A stretch of DNA of 64,000 nucleotides from Candidatus Nanoarchaeia archaeon. GTDB taxonomy: Archaea > Nanobdellota > Nanobdellia > Woesearchaeales > UBA525. Position numbers and translations under genes: made by a program. Shown in pieces: positions 28,113 to 38,824 of this stretch; the stretch's first letter is position 1, and every line of letters begins with the position of its first letter. Location: assembly GCA_028279755.1 (NCBI GenBank), contig JANQNB010000018.1, positions 134,611-198,610 of the forward strand, in the 5' to 3' direction. A model generated the notes under the pieces. The model was not told where the DNA came from, did no database searches, and saw nothing but the letters and a program-made list of their open reading frames with translations.

Positions 28113-29036
28113 TCAGCACACTTGGCGCTTCTGACCGTGTTCTTTAACACAAGCAAATGCTTCTCCTAAGAATTTCGGTGTAGTTTCTATTATGATTGGA
28201 ACGTCTCGCCCGATAGCGTACGGGAAAACCGCGTCAAACTGCTGACTGTTCAGCGTGCTCATAGATCTTGGGTGCTTTCGAAGATCATAGAGGTCAATAC
28301 CTCTTGTATGGATAACTTCTGGCTCCAGTTTAAGAAAGTCTGCGACAGCTCTCACTTGCAACCCCTCCTTAAATCTTGTCTCGTGTTGTACAAGATCAAG
28401 CGGCTCTGCAATTCCTTCTGCATTAAGTATGAAAATATTGTGAGGGGGGAGCTGGAAGTCTCTGTCTGGGGGATCATACATGTGTTCGGGGTAGCAGTTT
28501 TGTGTTAAGCCAACATTAGCCAGATCCAGGCAGAAACCAAAACCTGCTGCTTTCATACTCTGGTAGAAAGGGCTTAGTGGTGTTGCGAAGATTGATTCCT
28601 GATTTCCTGACCAGCGAGGCATGTTCTCCACGAGCACTCTCACAGGACCTTTCCGCTCTGCTATCCACTTTGTCAGTGCATCAAATTGCTCTTCGATTCT
28701 CATCGAGAGTTGATAATCTCGCCATTCTTCTCTCGTGAGGAAGCCAGGATGAAGAATGAGGTGGGATGCTCTGAGGTATGTCGCACTCTCAAACGCCTCC
28801 TCCAATATCGTTCTGTTCTTCTCAGTCGCTCCTCGAGGATAATTGAATCCGTGCGCTTCATGTGCTGCATGGACTATAACAGCCAGACCAGAATCCTTTA
28901 CTGCTTCCAAATCATGCTTCTCTGTGCCTGGTTCGATATAGACTTGTATTTGAGTGAGGCCCATTTCAACAAATCGGCAGAGTTTCTCTTCTTTGTCCGG
29001 TTCTCGTGAGCTGATTGTTGTCCCTATTTTGATCAT
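28113..29036 (-). CDS. TIM-barrel protein (xylose isomerase-like/AP endonuclease 2)
   Basis: VHAAH, ILHPG, LVENMP, FCLDLAN, IIET; lower GC than neighbours. Confidence 0.65.
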   Translation of the reverse strand: MIKIGTTISSREPDKEEKLCRFVEMGLTQIQVYIEPGTEKHDLEAVKDSGLAVIVHAAHEAHGFNYPRGATEKNRTILEEAFESATYLRASHLILHPGFLTREEWRDYQLSMRIEEQFDALTKWIAERKGPVRVLVENMPRWSGNQESIFATPLSPFYQSMKAAGFGFCLDLANVGLTQNCYPEHMYDPPDRDFQLPPHNIFILNAEGIAEPLDLVQHETRFKEGLQVRAVADFLKLEPEVIHTRGIDLYDLRKHPRSMSTLNSQQFDAVFPYAIGRDVPIIIETTPKFLGEAFACVKEHGQKRQVC

Positions 29037-29076
29037 GCTGTAGGGAATCAGGGAGAAACATATAAGGATTCCTAAT

Positions 29077-32000
29077 CTAGATCTTCAAGCTCGTGACTTT
29101 CGACACGCCGTGCTCGTTCATGCTCACGCCGAAGAGGTTGTCGGCTTCGCTGATGACTGAGTCGTTGTGGCTGATGATGATGTATTGCGCGTGGTCGCAA
29201 TACTTGCGGATGAGGCGCGCGAGCTTCTCGCTGTTATGCTTGTCCAATGCAGCGTCGACCTCGTCCATGATGTAGAAGCTTGCCGGTTCGTGCTCCTGCA
29301 CTGCGAAGAGGAAGGCGAGCGCTGTCAGGGTCTTCTCGCCGCCGCTGAGTGAGCGGATGTCGAGGAATTTCTTTCCGGTGAGCTTCACCTTGATCGTCAT
29401 GCCGGCCTGGAACGGGTCGTTGTGATCCTCCAGGTCGAGGTAGGCGTCGCCTTTCGCGCTGAGCTGGCCGAAGAAATGCTTGAAGTTCTCGTTCACGACC
29501 TCGAAGGTCTTCATGAAGAGCTCTTTCTTCTTCGCGTCGATCTCGTTGATCATGACGAGCACGTCTTCCCTTTCCGAGCCGAGCTTGTCCTTCTTCTCGA
29601 TCAGGTTCTTGTACTCGTGCTCGACCTGTTCGTAGATCTCCAGGGCTTTCATGTTGACTGCGCCGATGTTCTCGACAAGGCGTTCGAACTGGCGGACTTC
29701 CAGGAGAATATCCTCTTCTGATTTCTCTGCCTTCTTGTACGGCTCCACGCCTTCGTACTGGCGCAGCTCTTCCTCGAGTCCGGCGAGCTCTGCTTTCAGG
29801 CGCGCCACTTCGAGCGAGCTCCCGGTGTTCTTGTGCTCGATGTCGCGGGATTTCTCATCCATGCTCTTGATGTCCGCTTCCCGCTTGGTGATCTCGTCGC
29901 TGAGCTTGGTGCGTTTCGTGAACAATTCCTTAAACTGGCTGAAGAACTTCTCTTCCTGCTTCTCCTTTTCCTTGAGCGCTTTCTCCTGCTCCTTGATCTT
30001 CGCTGTGAGCGCGGCTTTCTCCTTCTTGAAGGATTCACCCTCCTTGTCGTGCTGCTTGAGGATGTCCCGCACCTTCTCGGTTTCCGGGCCGAGGATGTTC
30101 TTGACCTCGCTCTCGCTCGTGCGCAGCTCGCCATTGAGTTCAGCAATCTCCTGCTGGAGCTCTTGCTTCTTCTCCTCGAAGCTGTTCAGTTCTGCGAGCA
30201 CGGTCGGGCTTCGCAATGCCGAAATCTTGTCGCGGAGCTTCTGCTTCTCGATCTTCAGCGTGCCGAGTCCGCTCGTCTTGTCAGTGATATCGTTCACCAC
30301 CTCATCGAGCTCCTTGTCGACTTTGACGAGCTCCTGCTGCAGGCGCTTCTTCTCGTCCTGCGACAAGCCGATGTCGTCGCTGTCAAGATGCAGGCTCTTC
30401 TCGCTCTTGATGATCTCGCCTTCGAGGTTGGCTTTCAGTTCACGCAATCTCGTGATCAGCTCTTCGTTGTCTGCGCGCTTCTTCTCGAGCTTGCTGACAA
30501 TGCCTTCAGTGTCTGCCACCTCTGCCTCGAGCTTTTCGATCTTCTCGCTCGTCTCCTTCTGCTTGAAGCCGATGCCACGGCGCTCTTTGGAACGGAAACC
30601 ACCGCTCATCGCGCCGCTTGTCTCGAGCAGGTCGCCGTTGAGGGTCACCATCCGAGCCTTGCCCACACCCAAGCGGCGCGCCGCCTCGATGTTGCTCATC
30701 ACGACCGTGCTGCCGAACACGTACGAGAACACCTTTGCGTATTTCGCGTCGTGATCCACGAGCGTGGAGGCGAGGCCGATGACATCGCCGCCTTTCGCTA
30801 CCTTCGCAGGCTCTGGCGAGCGCAGCTTGTTGAGCGGGAGGAAGGTCGCGACTCCTAATTTATTCTGCCGCAGGTACTTGATGCATTTCGCCGCCACTTC
30901 GTCGGTGTCGACCACGATGCTGTTGACTCTCGGGCCAGCGGCGATTTCCAAAGCAAGAGCGTATTCTTCCTTCACCTTGCCGAGGCCTGAGACTGTGCCG
31001 TGGATGCCCTTGATTGTGCCCTTGGCCTTGAGATCGAGGATCGTGGTGATGGCAGTGCCGCCGGCGATGCGCTCCATGATGCTGCTCTGCTGCGCTTCGA
31101 GCTTGGCGAGTTCCTCTTTTCTACTCAGGAGTTTTGCTCTCGCTGTTTGCAGCTGCGCATGGAGACTGCTGTCCTCGGTGACTGCCGTGTTGAGCTCTTT
31201 TGTCGTCTTCTTGAACTGCTCTTTCTTACTCTTCAAGGCGTCGAGCTCTTTCTTGTGCTCTGCAGCGATGCCGGTCACGCGCGAAATTTTCTCGTCGATC
31301 TGCTCGAGCTGGATCTCGGCCTTGTCTTTTTCCCGAAGCAGTTCCTGCTGCTGCTCGCGCAGCTTCGCGATCTCTTCCTGCAGCTTCTCTGCCTGCTTGT
31401 CGATCTCTTCCACGCGCGAGTCGATCGCTGCCGCGTCTTCGACATGGTGCTTTTTCCTGAACTCGTTGATGCGCGTGTCGAGCTTTGCGATCGATTCTTC
31501 CCGTGTCTTGATGCGCTTCTCGACATCCTTGCGCTCGTCCTCGATAAGCTTGATCTTGTCGAACAATTCCTTGTTCGTGCGTATGAGCTCGTCCTTCCGG
31601 TCCTCGAGCTTTGCCAATTCCTGTTCGAGGCTTTCGACGCGCTGTTTGTTCACTGCGAACTCGACCTTTGCTGCTTCGATCTCTTTATGGAGCTTGACCT
31701 GTTCCTTCTCGCCGCGCTTCTCGACTTCCTGGTTGATTGCTTCGACGCCTTTCTTCCGCTCCGCGATCTCAGCCTCGAGCTTTGTGCGCCGTTCCTCGAG
31801 CTTTGTCAATTCTGCCTGGTGCTTGCCCACCTGCTGGTCGAAGCCTGCCAGCTCTTTCTCCCGCTTCTTCTTCTTGATCGTCAATAAGGTGCATTTGTTG
31901 CGCTTGATCTTCTCGTCGAGTTCCTTGAATTTGAGCGCTTGGTTTCGTTCTTTTTTCAGCTCGCGCAGGTAGGTCTTTCGTTCTGCCAGGACGATATCCG

Positions 32001-32571
32001 CCTCGTTGAGCTTGTCCTCGACACGCGTGAGCTCGCGGAGCGCCTTGTTCTTCTTTTCTTCATAGATTGAGATGCCGGCGATCTCTTCGATGATGCCTCT
32101 GCGTTCGATCGTGCTCATCTCGATCAAGTGGTTGATGTCGCCTTGCAGGATGATGTTGTACCCGTCAGGATTGATCTTGTCCCTGCTGAGCATGTCCAGG
32201 ATTTCCTGCCTGCTGGAATTCTTGCCATTGATTTTATACTTGGATTGGCCGCTCTTCTGCACGATGCGCGTGATCATGAGCTCGTCGAAATCGCCAAAGA
32301 CGCCCTTGCTGTTCTCGAAGACAATCGTGACCTCGCCGGACTTGGCTGGCTGCTTCTTCTTGCCGCCATTATAGATCAGATTGGCCGATTTCTCAGCACG
32401 GAGCCCTTTAGCCGAGCCCTTGCCCAGGACAAAGCAGAGCGCGTCCAGGACATTGCTCTTCCCGCTGCCATTCGGCCCCAGAATGCAGTTAAAGCCCTCG
32501 CCGACCATGATCTCGGTCTTGTTGGCGAAGCTCTTGAATCCCTTCATCTCAAGTCGCTTGATTCTCGTCAA
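29077..32571 (-). CDS. smc: Chromosome segregation protein SMC
   Basis: GFKSF, GPNGSGKSN, coiled coils, hinge, LSGGEK, DEVDAALD. Confidence 0.97.
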   Translation of the reverse strand: MTRIKRLEMKGFKSFANKTEIMVGEGFNCILGPNGSGKSNVLDALCFVLGKGSAKGLRAEKSANLIYNGGKKKQPAKSGEVTIVFENSKGVFGDFDELMITRIVQKSGQSKYKINGKNSSRQEILDMLSRDKINPDGYNIILQGDINHLIEMSTIERRGIIEEIAGISIYEEKKNKALRELTRVEDKLNEADIVLAERKTYLRELKKERNQALKFKELDEKIKRNKCTLLTIKKKKREKELAGFDQQVGKHQAELTKLEERRTKLEAEIAERKKGVEAINQEVEKRGEKEQVKLHKEIEAAKVEFAVNKQRVESLEQELAKLEDRKDELIRTNKELFDKIKLIEDERKDVEKRIKTREESIAKLDTRINEFRKKHHVEDAAAIDSRVEEIDKQAEKLQEEIAKLREQQQELLREKDKAEIQLEQIDEKISRVTGIAAEHKKELDALKSKKEQFKKTTKELNTAVTEDSSLHAQLQTARAKLLSRKEELAKLEAQQSSIMERIAGGTAITTILDLKAKGTIKGIHGTVSGLGKVKEEYALALEIAAGPRVNSIVVDTDEVAAKCIKYLRQNKLGVATFLPLNKLRSPEPAKVAKGGDVIGLASTLVDHDAKYAKVFSYVFGSTVVMSNIEAARRLGVGKARMVTLNGDLLETSGAMSGGFRSKERRGIGFKQKETSEKIEKLEAEVADTEGIVSKLEKKRADNEELITRLRELKANLEGEIIKSEKSLHLDSDDIGLSQDEKKRLQQELVKVDKELDEVVNDITDKTSGLGTLKIEKQKLRDKISALRSPTVLAELNSFEEKKQELQQEIAELNGELRTSESEVKNILGPETEKVRDILKQHDKEGESFKKEKAALTAKIKEQEKALKEKEKQEEKFFSQFKELFTKRTKLSDEITKREADIKSMDEKSRDIEHKNTGSSLEVARLKAELAGLEEELRQYEGVEPYKKAEKSEEDILLEVRQFERLVENIGAVNMKALEIYEQVEHEYKNLIEKKDKLGSEREDVLVMINEIDAKKKELFMKTFEVVNENFKHFFGQLSAKGDAYLDLEDHNDPFQAGMTIKVKLTGKKFLDIRSLSGGEKTLTALAFLFAVQEHEPASFYIMDEVDAALDKHNSEKLARLIRKYCDHAQYIIISHNDSVISEADNLFGVSMNEHGVSKVTSLKI

Positions 32572-32637
32572 TAGAGCCCACCTACCTCTTACCAGTCAGA
32601 CTTGCTCAAGAAGGGTATTTAAATGTTTTGGGCAGAA

Positions 32638-34101
32638 CTAGGCAGCACGCGACGGTGCCGGGATATAGCAGGGATTACTGACTGCGCAACTGGCAGTGCG
32701 TGTCTTCACTCCTTCAGCTTCTGAAACCTCCCGAATGGAGTAATTGCCTTTGAACGGATCATGCTCGACTGCTATGGCCATCCACTCGTCCCCCAAGGGC
32801 TCTGGGCAGCGGACGACTATGTTTGCTTCTCTGCTGCTGTCAGGATACAGTACTTCTCCGATCTCGACAGGATCCTGAAGAGGACGGTACCTGCCTGCCC
32901 ACCCTCCCTGGGTTCGGAGAATGTGAAGCAGTTCCCTGCCTGAAGAATTGCCTGTTCCGACATTGTAGGTTCGAAACTGTAAATTGACGTCTGTCGGACC
33001 CTTGCTACGTCTCCACCGGGCCTTGATGAATTCGAATGCCAGTGCTGACTGCGGTTGGATTGGCACGACAACATCCGGCTGCTTTGTCACTCTGTCTTCT
33101 TCATAATCGAAGTAACTTGGATGCCACATTCCCAGCTGGAAAGCCGGATCCACTAATTCGTACGGAACCCAGAGCCCTGTCTCGTGCTGCAGCGCATGAG
33201 GAAAATTCTGAAGGATTATATCATGGTATTTGTGAGGAAACTCGATTGCCGGTGTCACGTGGCCACCGCGCTTGGTCGGATCGCTTGCACAGCGTTCGCC
33301 ATAATAGAAGAGGAGGGCTGTTCTGAACATATGGGCTTGCGGATGAAACTGAAGCAATGTGAGGAAGAAGGTGGCGAGATCTTCACAATCATGGCCTGCC
33401 TGCACACCCTGGTAGAAGAGTCGATGGAGAACCTCGACTGGTTGAAACGGGCATTCCACTCTGGCAGGATCCTTTCCGTACCCCAGCGCCTGGGTTGTGC
33501 GTGCGGCCATATGAATCCAATGCTCCCACTCTCGTATGCTATTCCACTGTTCCAAAATCTGCCGATCCCGTTCACGGTTCCGTTGCAGGCCTCCAGGAAA
33601 CCGTGCCAGCCGCCATTCAAGCCGTTGATATTTTTTCTTTTTCTCCCTCAGTTTACTGGTGATCTGCTTGCCAAGATGGCTCATGACTCTGACGTCTTCC
33701 TGACGGCCGACCTGGGACCAGATCGGACGCCGAAACTCCCATCGTTGTCTGGGTGAGAATGGATCACTCCGGTTGTCGCTGCAGTTAAAGTAGATTTTAC
33801 TTACTGTCTCCCGGGGGACATGAAGCGCTTGCTCAACGTCGGCGAGCGGCTCTGCCTGATCCTCCCGTACCATTTGGGAAACCGGCCTGAGCGGTATGGC
33901 GCGACACGCCTCGACGTCTTCATCAAACACGAGAACCTCAAGCCGTGAACAGCCGAAATAATTGACTTCGATGACTGGAAAGACATTCCCGTTAGGAAAA
34001 GGTGCGGCGTGGCCTAATCCTGCTGATAGTGCAGTGGCTGCTCCAGCACCTGCCAATATGCGAATCATGTGCCGTCGATCAAGGCCTGCCTGCTGCATCA
34101 T
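32638..34101 (-). CDS. Transglutaminase-like (Cys-His) exported protein with twin-arginine-like leader
   Basis: LDRRHMIRILAGAGAATALSAG leader; GHDCEDLA and GHV motifs. Confidence 0.55.
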   Translation of the reverse strand: MMQQAGLDRRHMIRILAGAGAATALSAGLGHAAPFPNGNVFPVIEVNYFGCSRLEVLVFDEDVEACRAIPLRPVSQMVREDQAEPLADVEQALHVPRETVSKIYFNCSDNRSDPFSPRQRWEFRRPIWSQVGRQEDVRVMSHLGKQITSKLREKKKKYQRLEWRLARFPGGLQRNRERDRQILEQWNSIREWEHWIHMAARTTQALGYGKDPARVECPFQPVEVLHRLFYQGVQAGHDCEDLATFFLTLLQFHPQAHMFRTALLFYYGERCASDPTKRGGHVTPAIEFPHKYHDIILQNFPHALQHETGLWVPYELVDPAFQLGMWHPSYFDYEEDRVTKQPDVVVPIQPQSALAFEFIKARWRRSKGPTDVNLQFRTYNVGTGNSSGRELLHILRTQGGWAGRYRPLQDPVEIGEVLYPDSSREANIVVRCPEPLGDEWMAIAVEHDPFKGNYSIREVSEAEGVKTRTASCAVSNPCYIPAPSRAA

Positions 34102-34312
34102 TTTTTTCCTCCGCGACTGAGAATGGCGTCGCGGCTCAATAAAACCGGTTGACGGGCCAGCGAGAAAGCAGAATACTATGCCAATATGCAACCATGCTAG
34201 CCCCTCCAATTGCTGCGTCAGTCGTAACTGCTGGGAAGACGCAGTTTTCCATTTTCGAGTGAAAACTGCTTATAATGGTTGCGACCAGATTCAGGAAATT
34301 TCAGTCGAGAAT

Positions 34313-35215
34313 TCACGATTTCTGGCTTTTTCTTGCGACAAGCTTTTCCACTCTGGCTTTGCCCTTACCCTGAATGACGAGCTTGCCAGTCGTGTATTTG
34401 ATGATGCTCGCATCGCTGCTTTTCATCCGGACGACCTCGTATTGGCTCTTTGGCGCCTGGAACTCGAAGCCGTGCTCTTTGAGGAATTCGAACTCTTTGA
34501 GTTCCTTGGCGTGCTCTTCCTGTGCTTTCCCACTGAACTGGAACAGCCTGCTTTGCTTGCCCTGCTCCACGAGTTCCTTGTAGCTGGCCCAGGAAGTCCG
34601 GAAAAAATCCTTATACTCCTTTTTCTTGTAATTGTTTCTGAGGAAATCTTGCGTAATCGGATCGGCAGGATAACCAGAACCGATGCTTTTCTTGATCTTC
34701 TTCTGGATATTTTCAATTTCCTTGTCGCGCGTCACTTTCGCGATGATGCTTGCGGCGCTGACGACTGGGTAGTTCTCATCAGCCTTGTGCTCAGCGATGA
34801 CAGTCATCTTCTTGTTCAGCAATGCTGCGATGTCAGCTGCGTATTTCTCGGTGTTCTTCGCCGGGCAATCGATGAGCGCTTTCTTGATCGCGTTCTTTTG
34901 CAGCGCTTTGTTGATGAGCTTGGCTGTTGTTCGCAGTTCGAGCTTGTTCAGATTGTCGTTCTTGGTGTCGACAGCAGCGTCGATCTCTGTTGGGGGGAGA
35001 ATAATTATTTCAAAATTAATTTTTTTTTCTTTTTTGAGTTTTTGCGCACGCTCAAGAAAACCTTCGCGCTGCATCGCGCTGAGCTGCTTGCTGTCTTTGG
35101 CGCCAGCTTCAATTAGGAGCTTCTCATTCTTTTCTTCGACCCAGCAGCAGGCCATCACCATCGGCCCGAGCACCGGGCCACGCCCCGCTTCCTCAACGCC
35201 GCAGATCCACGCCAT
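34313..35215 (-). CDS. rnhB: Ribonuclease HII with C-terminal TBP-like (RNase HIII N-domain-like) extension
   Basis: GVEEAGRGPVLGPM, KDSK, HKAD, SAASIIAK, GSGYPAD; tail KYTTGKLVIQG. Confidence 0.93.
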   Translation of the reverse strand: MAWICGVEEAGRGPVLGPMVMACCWVEEKNEKLLIEAGAKDSKQLSAMQREGFLERAQKLKKEKKINFEIIILPPTEIDAAVDTKNDNLNKLELRTTAKLINKALQKNAIKKALIDCPAKNTEKYAADIAALLNKKMTVIAEHKADENYPVVSAASIIAKVTRDKEIENIQKKIKKSIGSGYPADPITQDFLRNNYKKKEYKDFFRTSWASYKELVEQGKQSRLFQFSGKAQEEHAKELKEFEFLKEHGFEFQAPKSQYEVVRMKSSDASIIKYTTGKLVIQGKGKARVEKLVARKSQKS

Positions 35216-35288
35216 GCTGCCTTGCCAGCAGGCCCTGTATAAAAACTTGGCGGCAAGTTTTATATAGCGTGCCCTGATCGCGACGATT

Positions 35289-35510
35289 ATGGATTACACT
35301 GTTATGTCGGCGCTTACTGACGCATGGCAGTATGCGCAAGCACGGCCGTATGAGTCAGCATGCATTGGTGCAATCGTTGGATCGAGTGTCATCGCAGCAG
35401 GCACCGCTATCGGACAATGGGTTCCGACCTGGCGACAACAGGTTGCAGAATTCCTGCGTCATGAGCGGCAACGAGAGCCGCGATACGAGCGTCTGGCATT
35501 TCTCCAGTAG
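35289..35510 (+). CDS. Small hypothetical protein
   Basis: 73-aa ORF after a TATA-like element, one hydrophobic segment. Confidence 0.4.
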   Translation: MDYTVMSALTDAWQYAQARPYESACIGAIVGSSVIAAGTAIGQWVPTWRQQVAEFLRHERQREPRYERLAFLQ

Positions 35511-35594
35511 CGGCTGTGCAGTTTTCATGCACGCTTCACCCTTCAACAATGCTTTTTTAAACCAAACTTTGCTCCATCTTCTCTGGTGATTATT

Positions 35595-36920
35595 ATGGTC
35601 AAGAAAAAATCCACAAAAAAGACGCCCAAGGTTCACACCAATGGCGTGTTCGCCAACGCGATGCAGCAGCTCGAGCACGCGTACCAGTACATGAAAGTGA
35701 GCAATGACGCGAAAGAGACGCTCGCGAAACCGACACGATTCATCGAAGTCTCGATCCCTGTCAGGATGGACGATGGCTCGTTGAAGGTCTTCACTGGCTA
35801 CCGTGTCCAATACAATGACGCGCGCGGCCCGGCAAAAGGCGGCATCCGCTTTCATCCGCAAGTCGACCTGAGCGAGGTGAAGGCGCTCGCGTTCTGGATG
35901 ACGATCAAGACCGCAGTCGTCAACATCCCGTTCGGCGGGGGCAAAGGCGGCGTCATCGTCAATCCGAAAGAATTGAGCAAGCACGAATTGGAGCGGCTCA
36001 GCCGCGGCTACATCCGCGCAGTCGCAGACATCATCGGCCCGGATGTCGATATCCCTGCGCCAGACGTGTATACCAACCCGATGATCATGGGTTGGATGGC
36101 AGACGAGTACGGCACGATCGCGCGCCGCTACCAACCAGCTGTCATCACTGGCAAGCCATTGGCGCTCGGCGGCAGCAAAGGCCGCAACGAAGCGACAGCG
36201 AAAGGCGCGTTCTACACCTTGATGGAAGCAGTCAAGGTGAAAGAGATGACGCCGGCAGAGACGACCGTGGCGATCCAGGGTTTTGGCAACGCTGGCAGTT
36301 ATCTTGCGAAGATGCTGCACGAAGCCGGCTTCAAGGTCGTGGCAGTGAGCGACAGCAAAGGCGCAGTCTATGATAAAGACGGCCTTGACCCGTTCCAGCT
36401 CGCGAAAGTGAAACAAGGCAAGGGCAAGCTCAACGGTGTGTATTGCGAAGGCAGCGTATGCTGGGGTAAGGATCACAAGGAGATCAGCAACGAGAAACTC
36501 CTCGAACTGGATGTCGACATCCTCGCGCCTGCAGCGTTGGAGAATGTCATCACCAAAGCCAACGCTCGCAAGATCAAGGCGAAGATCGTGCTCGAGGTCG
36601 CGAACGGCCCGACAACGCCGGAAGCAGACACGATCCTGCACAAGAAAGGCGTGCTCGTCATCCCTGACGTGCTTGCCAATGCAGGCGGCGTGACAGTCAG
36701 TTATTTCGAATGGGTGCAGAACAAGCAAGGCTATTACTGGAGCGAGGAAGAAGTGTTCGACAAACTCAAAGAGTTGATCGTACCGGCATTCCACGAAATC
36801 TATGCAGGCATGGAGGAACACAGCTGCCTGATGCGGGATTCAGCCTTTGTGCACGCAGTCAAGCGGATCGTCGAGGCGATCGAGGCGAAAGGCACTGAGG
36901 ATCAGTACAAGACAGACTGA
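35595..36920 (+). CDS. gdhA: Glutamate dehydrogenase (Glu/Leu/Phe/Val family)
   Basis: [47 protein letters not shown]. Confidence 0.95.
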   Translation: MVKKKSTKKTPKVHTNGVFANAMQQLEHAYQYMKVSNDAKETLAKPTRFIEVSIPVRMDDGSLKVFTGYRVQYNDARGPAKGGIRFHPQVDLSEVKALAFWMTIKTAVVNIPFGGGKGGVIVNPKELSKHELERLSRGYIRAVADIIGPDVDIPAPDVYTNPMIMGWMADEYGTIARRYQPAVITGKPLALGGSKGRNEATAKGAFYTLMEAVKVKEMTPAETTVAIQGFGNAGSYLAKMLHEAGFKVVAVSDSKGAVYDKDGLDPFQLAKVKQGKGKLNGVYCEGSVCWGKDHKEISNEKLLELDVDILAPAALENVITKANARKIKAKIVLEVANGPTTPEADTILHKKGVLVIPDVLANAGGVTVSYFEWVQNKQGYYWSEEEVFDKLKELIVPAFHEIYAGMEEHSCLMRDSAFVHAVKRIVEAIEAKGTEDQYKTD

Positions 36921-36977
36921 GCGGATATTGGTCAATAGCTTTATATAATCTCGGCGAGCGCAAGCGCCTGGCTCCAT

Positions 36978-37367
36978 ATGATACATTCGACACTTGAGGA
37001 ACAACTCGATACAACCTGCCCTAATTGTGGGCATGATCATCACGCGAAATTCTTCAGCCTCCTCCTCGATCGGATGCATTACGTGATCGGCGACTGCGAT
37101 TCGTGCGGGTATCGGATCGAATTCCGCAAGGATGAGCTCGGCGCGGGCTTGTTCATGCCGGATGGCAAGGTCGCGACAGTCAAAGAAATGTTCAAGAAGG
37201 AGCATGTCGATCACATGAAAGAACGGTTAGCAAGCGGTGAACACGCGAGCGATCCGCGAGAGAAGCCAGTGAATTGGGGTGAGGAGAAAGTGTTGAACAC
37301 GTTCAGCACGATGCGATTGCGATTCTTAGATGACGAGCCGATTCGTGAAGAGCGCGAACGGCATTAG
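36978..37367 (+). CDS. Hypothetical zinc-ribbon protein
   Basis: CPNCG and CDSCG pairs. Confidence 0.6.
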   Translation: MIHSTLEEQLDTTCPNCGHDHHAKFFSLLLDRMHYVIGDCDSCGYRIEFRKDELGAGLFMPDGKVATVKEMFKKEHVDHMKERLASGEHASDPREKPVNWGEEKVLNTFSTMRLRFLDDEPIREERERH

Positions 37368-38266
37368 GGCTGTGTTAGAATTCTACAACCGTCCTTCTCT
37401 ACCAGCACGGTGTGTTCTGATTGGCTCACAAGGCCTTTGCTCTCTTCTGGCAAGGGCGGGTATTCGTGCAGCATGTTGTTCCGTTTCAATTCCATCAATG
37501 CGAGCTTTGTCTTGCCTGCGCCGAATTTTGTGGTGAGCCATCGTGTCGTGAACGGCAAGCCGTTCCACTGCTTCAGGAGTTCGAGCACTTCCCGCGCTGC
37601 CGGACTTCGAACTGGCTTGACGCTAGTGAGCGAGAACAGGGTTGGATTGTCTGAGGAATAGATCAGGCCTTTGCCTGTCGTGGCGAATGGCTCGATCGCG
37701 ATGACCTGACCCTCTTCCAAGGGCTTGGTGTCGCCGCTTGCGTAATTGGGAATGTTCGGCGCGGTGTGGATCTGGTATTCCGCAACGCCATGACCGCTCA
37801 GATTCCTGATAGGCTGGAAACCGCGCTTCGTGATCTCATGCTCGATCGCTTTCCCGAGCTCGTCAGGCGTCACGCCCGCTTTCACAAGCTTGATCGCTGC
37901 GTCCCGCGCTGCTTTGCTCGCTTCCACGAGCAGTTCCTTCTCCTCATTGTCCGGGTCGAGGTTGACAGTGAGGGCGTTGTCGCCGACATAGCCGTCGACA
38001 TGCGCGCCCACGTCGAGCTTGACAAGGTCGCCAGGAACGAATGTGGTGTCGTCGTCTTCTGCAGGGCAGAAATGCGCCGCCACCTCGTTGATGCTGATCT
38101 GCGCTGGGAATGCCATGGCAGCGCCGTGCTCGAGAATGAAGGCTTCGATCTTGTCCAGCACCTCGCGGACTTTTTCTCCGGGTTTGATAAGAGAAGCACC
38201 GTATTCAAGGGCTTGCGCCGCTATCTTGCCGGCTCGAATGTACTTATCAAGTATTTCTTGCTCCAT
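37364..38266 (-). CDS. map: Methionine aminopeptidase type II
   Basis: AFPAQISINEVAAH, KLDVGAHVDG, NLSGH, AIEPF, QSEHT. Confidence 0.95.
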   Translation of the reverse strand: MEQEILDKYIRAGKIAAQALEYGASLIKPGEKVREVLDKIEAFILEHGAAMAFPAQISINEVAAHFCPAEDDDTTFVPGDLVKLDVGAHVDGYVGDNALTVNLDPDNEEKELLVEASKAARDAAIKLVKAGVTPDELGKAIEHEITKRGFQPIRNLSGHGVAEYQIHTAPNIPNYASGDTKPLEEGQVIAIEPFATTGKGLIYSSDNPTLFSLTSVKPVRSPAAREVLELLKQWNGLPFTTRWLTTKFGAGKTKLALMELKRNNMLHEYPPLPEESKGLVSQSEHTVLVEKDGCRILTQP

Positions 38267-38299
38267 TCAGAACGTGAAGAAGGAAGTCTTTAAAGAGTT

Positions 38300-38824
38300 T
38301 TAGTAGAGCAATACTGCGACCACGCCAACGATCTCATCCAGTCGGACCTTGCACGGATCCGCTTCTTTGAGGTTGTCGCCCTTAGTGATCCAATACGGTC
38401 CGAGCTGGTCCTCGCCCTGCTTGATCACGCGGTGGATGATCGTGCCGCCATCTGTGCACGTGTTCTTGTATGCGATGATGTCACCTTCGCGCACTTGCTC
38501 AGCGCTTTCCGGCTTGATCTCGATCGCATTGGCTTCAGTATCGAGCACTGGCTCCATGCTGTTTGTCGGGCCGAATTTTGCATAGATGGCATTTGGGAGA
38601 TCGATCACGATGCGGTCCTTGTAGACGTGGATCTGGTCCTCGCTGATGTGATTGCTCGGGCTGAGACGTTCGACTGCCCTGCCAGTGATGCCGCTATAGA
38701 CATTGCTCGGGAAGGCCACATCGTCGTAGTTCGTCGGGTCCAGCGCTGCCTGGGTGGCATGATAGCCTTGGCCAGCCAGGATGCCGGCGACGAATGCAAT
38801 CAACAGGATAATTCCTCGTTTCAT
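38300..38824 (-). CDS. S26/Sec11-like signal peptidase homolog
   Basis: N-terminal TM, TNSMEP, GDII, IIHRV, TKGDN. Confidence 0.75.
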   Translation of the reverse strand: MKRGIILLIAFVAGILAGQGYHATQAALDPTNYDDVAFPSNVYSGITGRAVERLSPSNHISEDQIHVYKDRIVIDLPNAIYAKFGPTNSMEPVLDTEANAIEIKPESAEQVREGDIIAYKNTCTDGGTIIHRVIKQGEDQLGPYWITKGDNLKEADPCKVRLDEIVGVVAVLLY

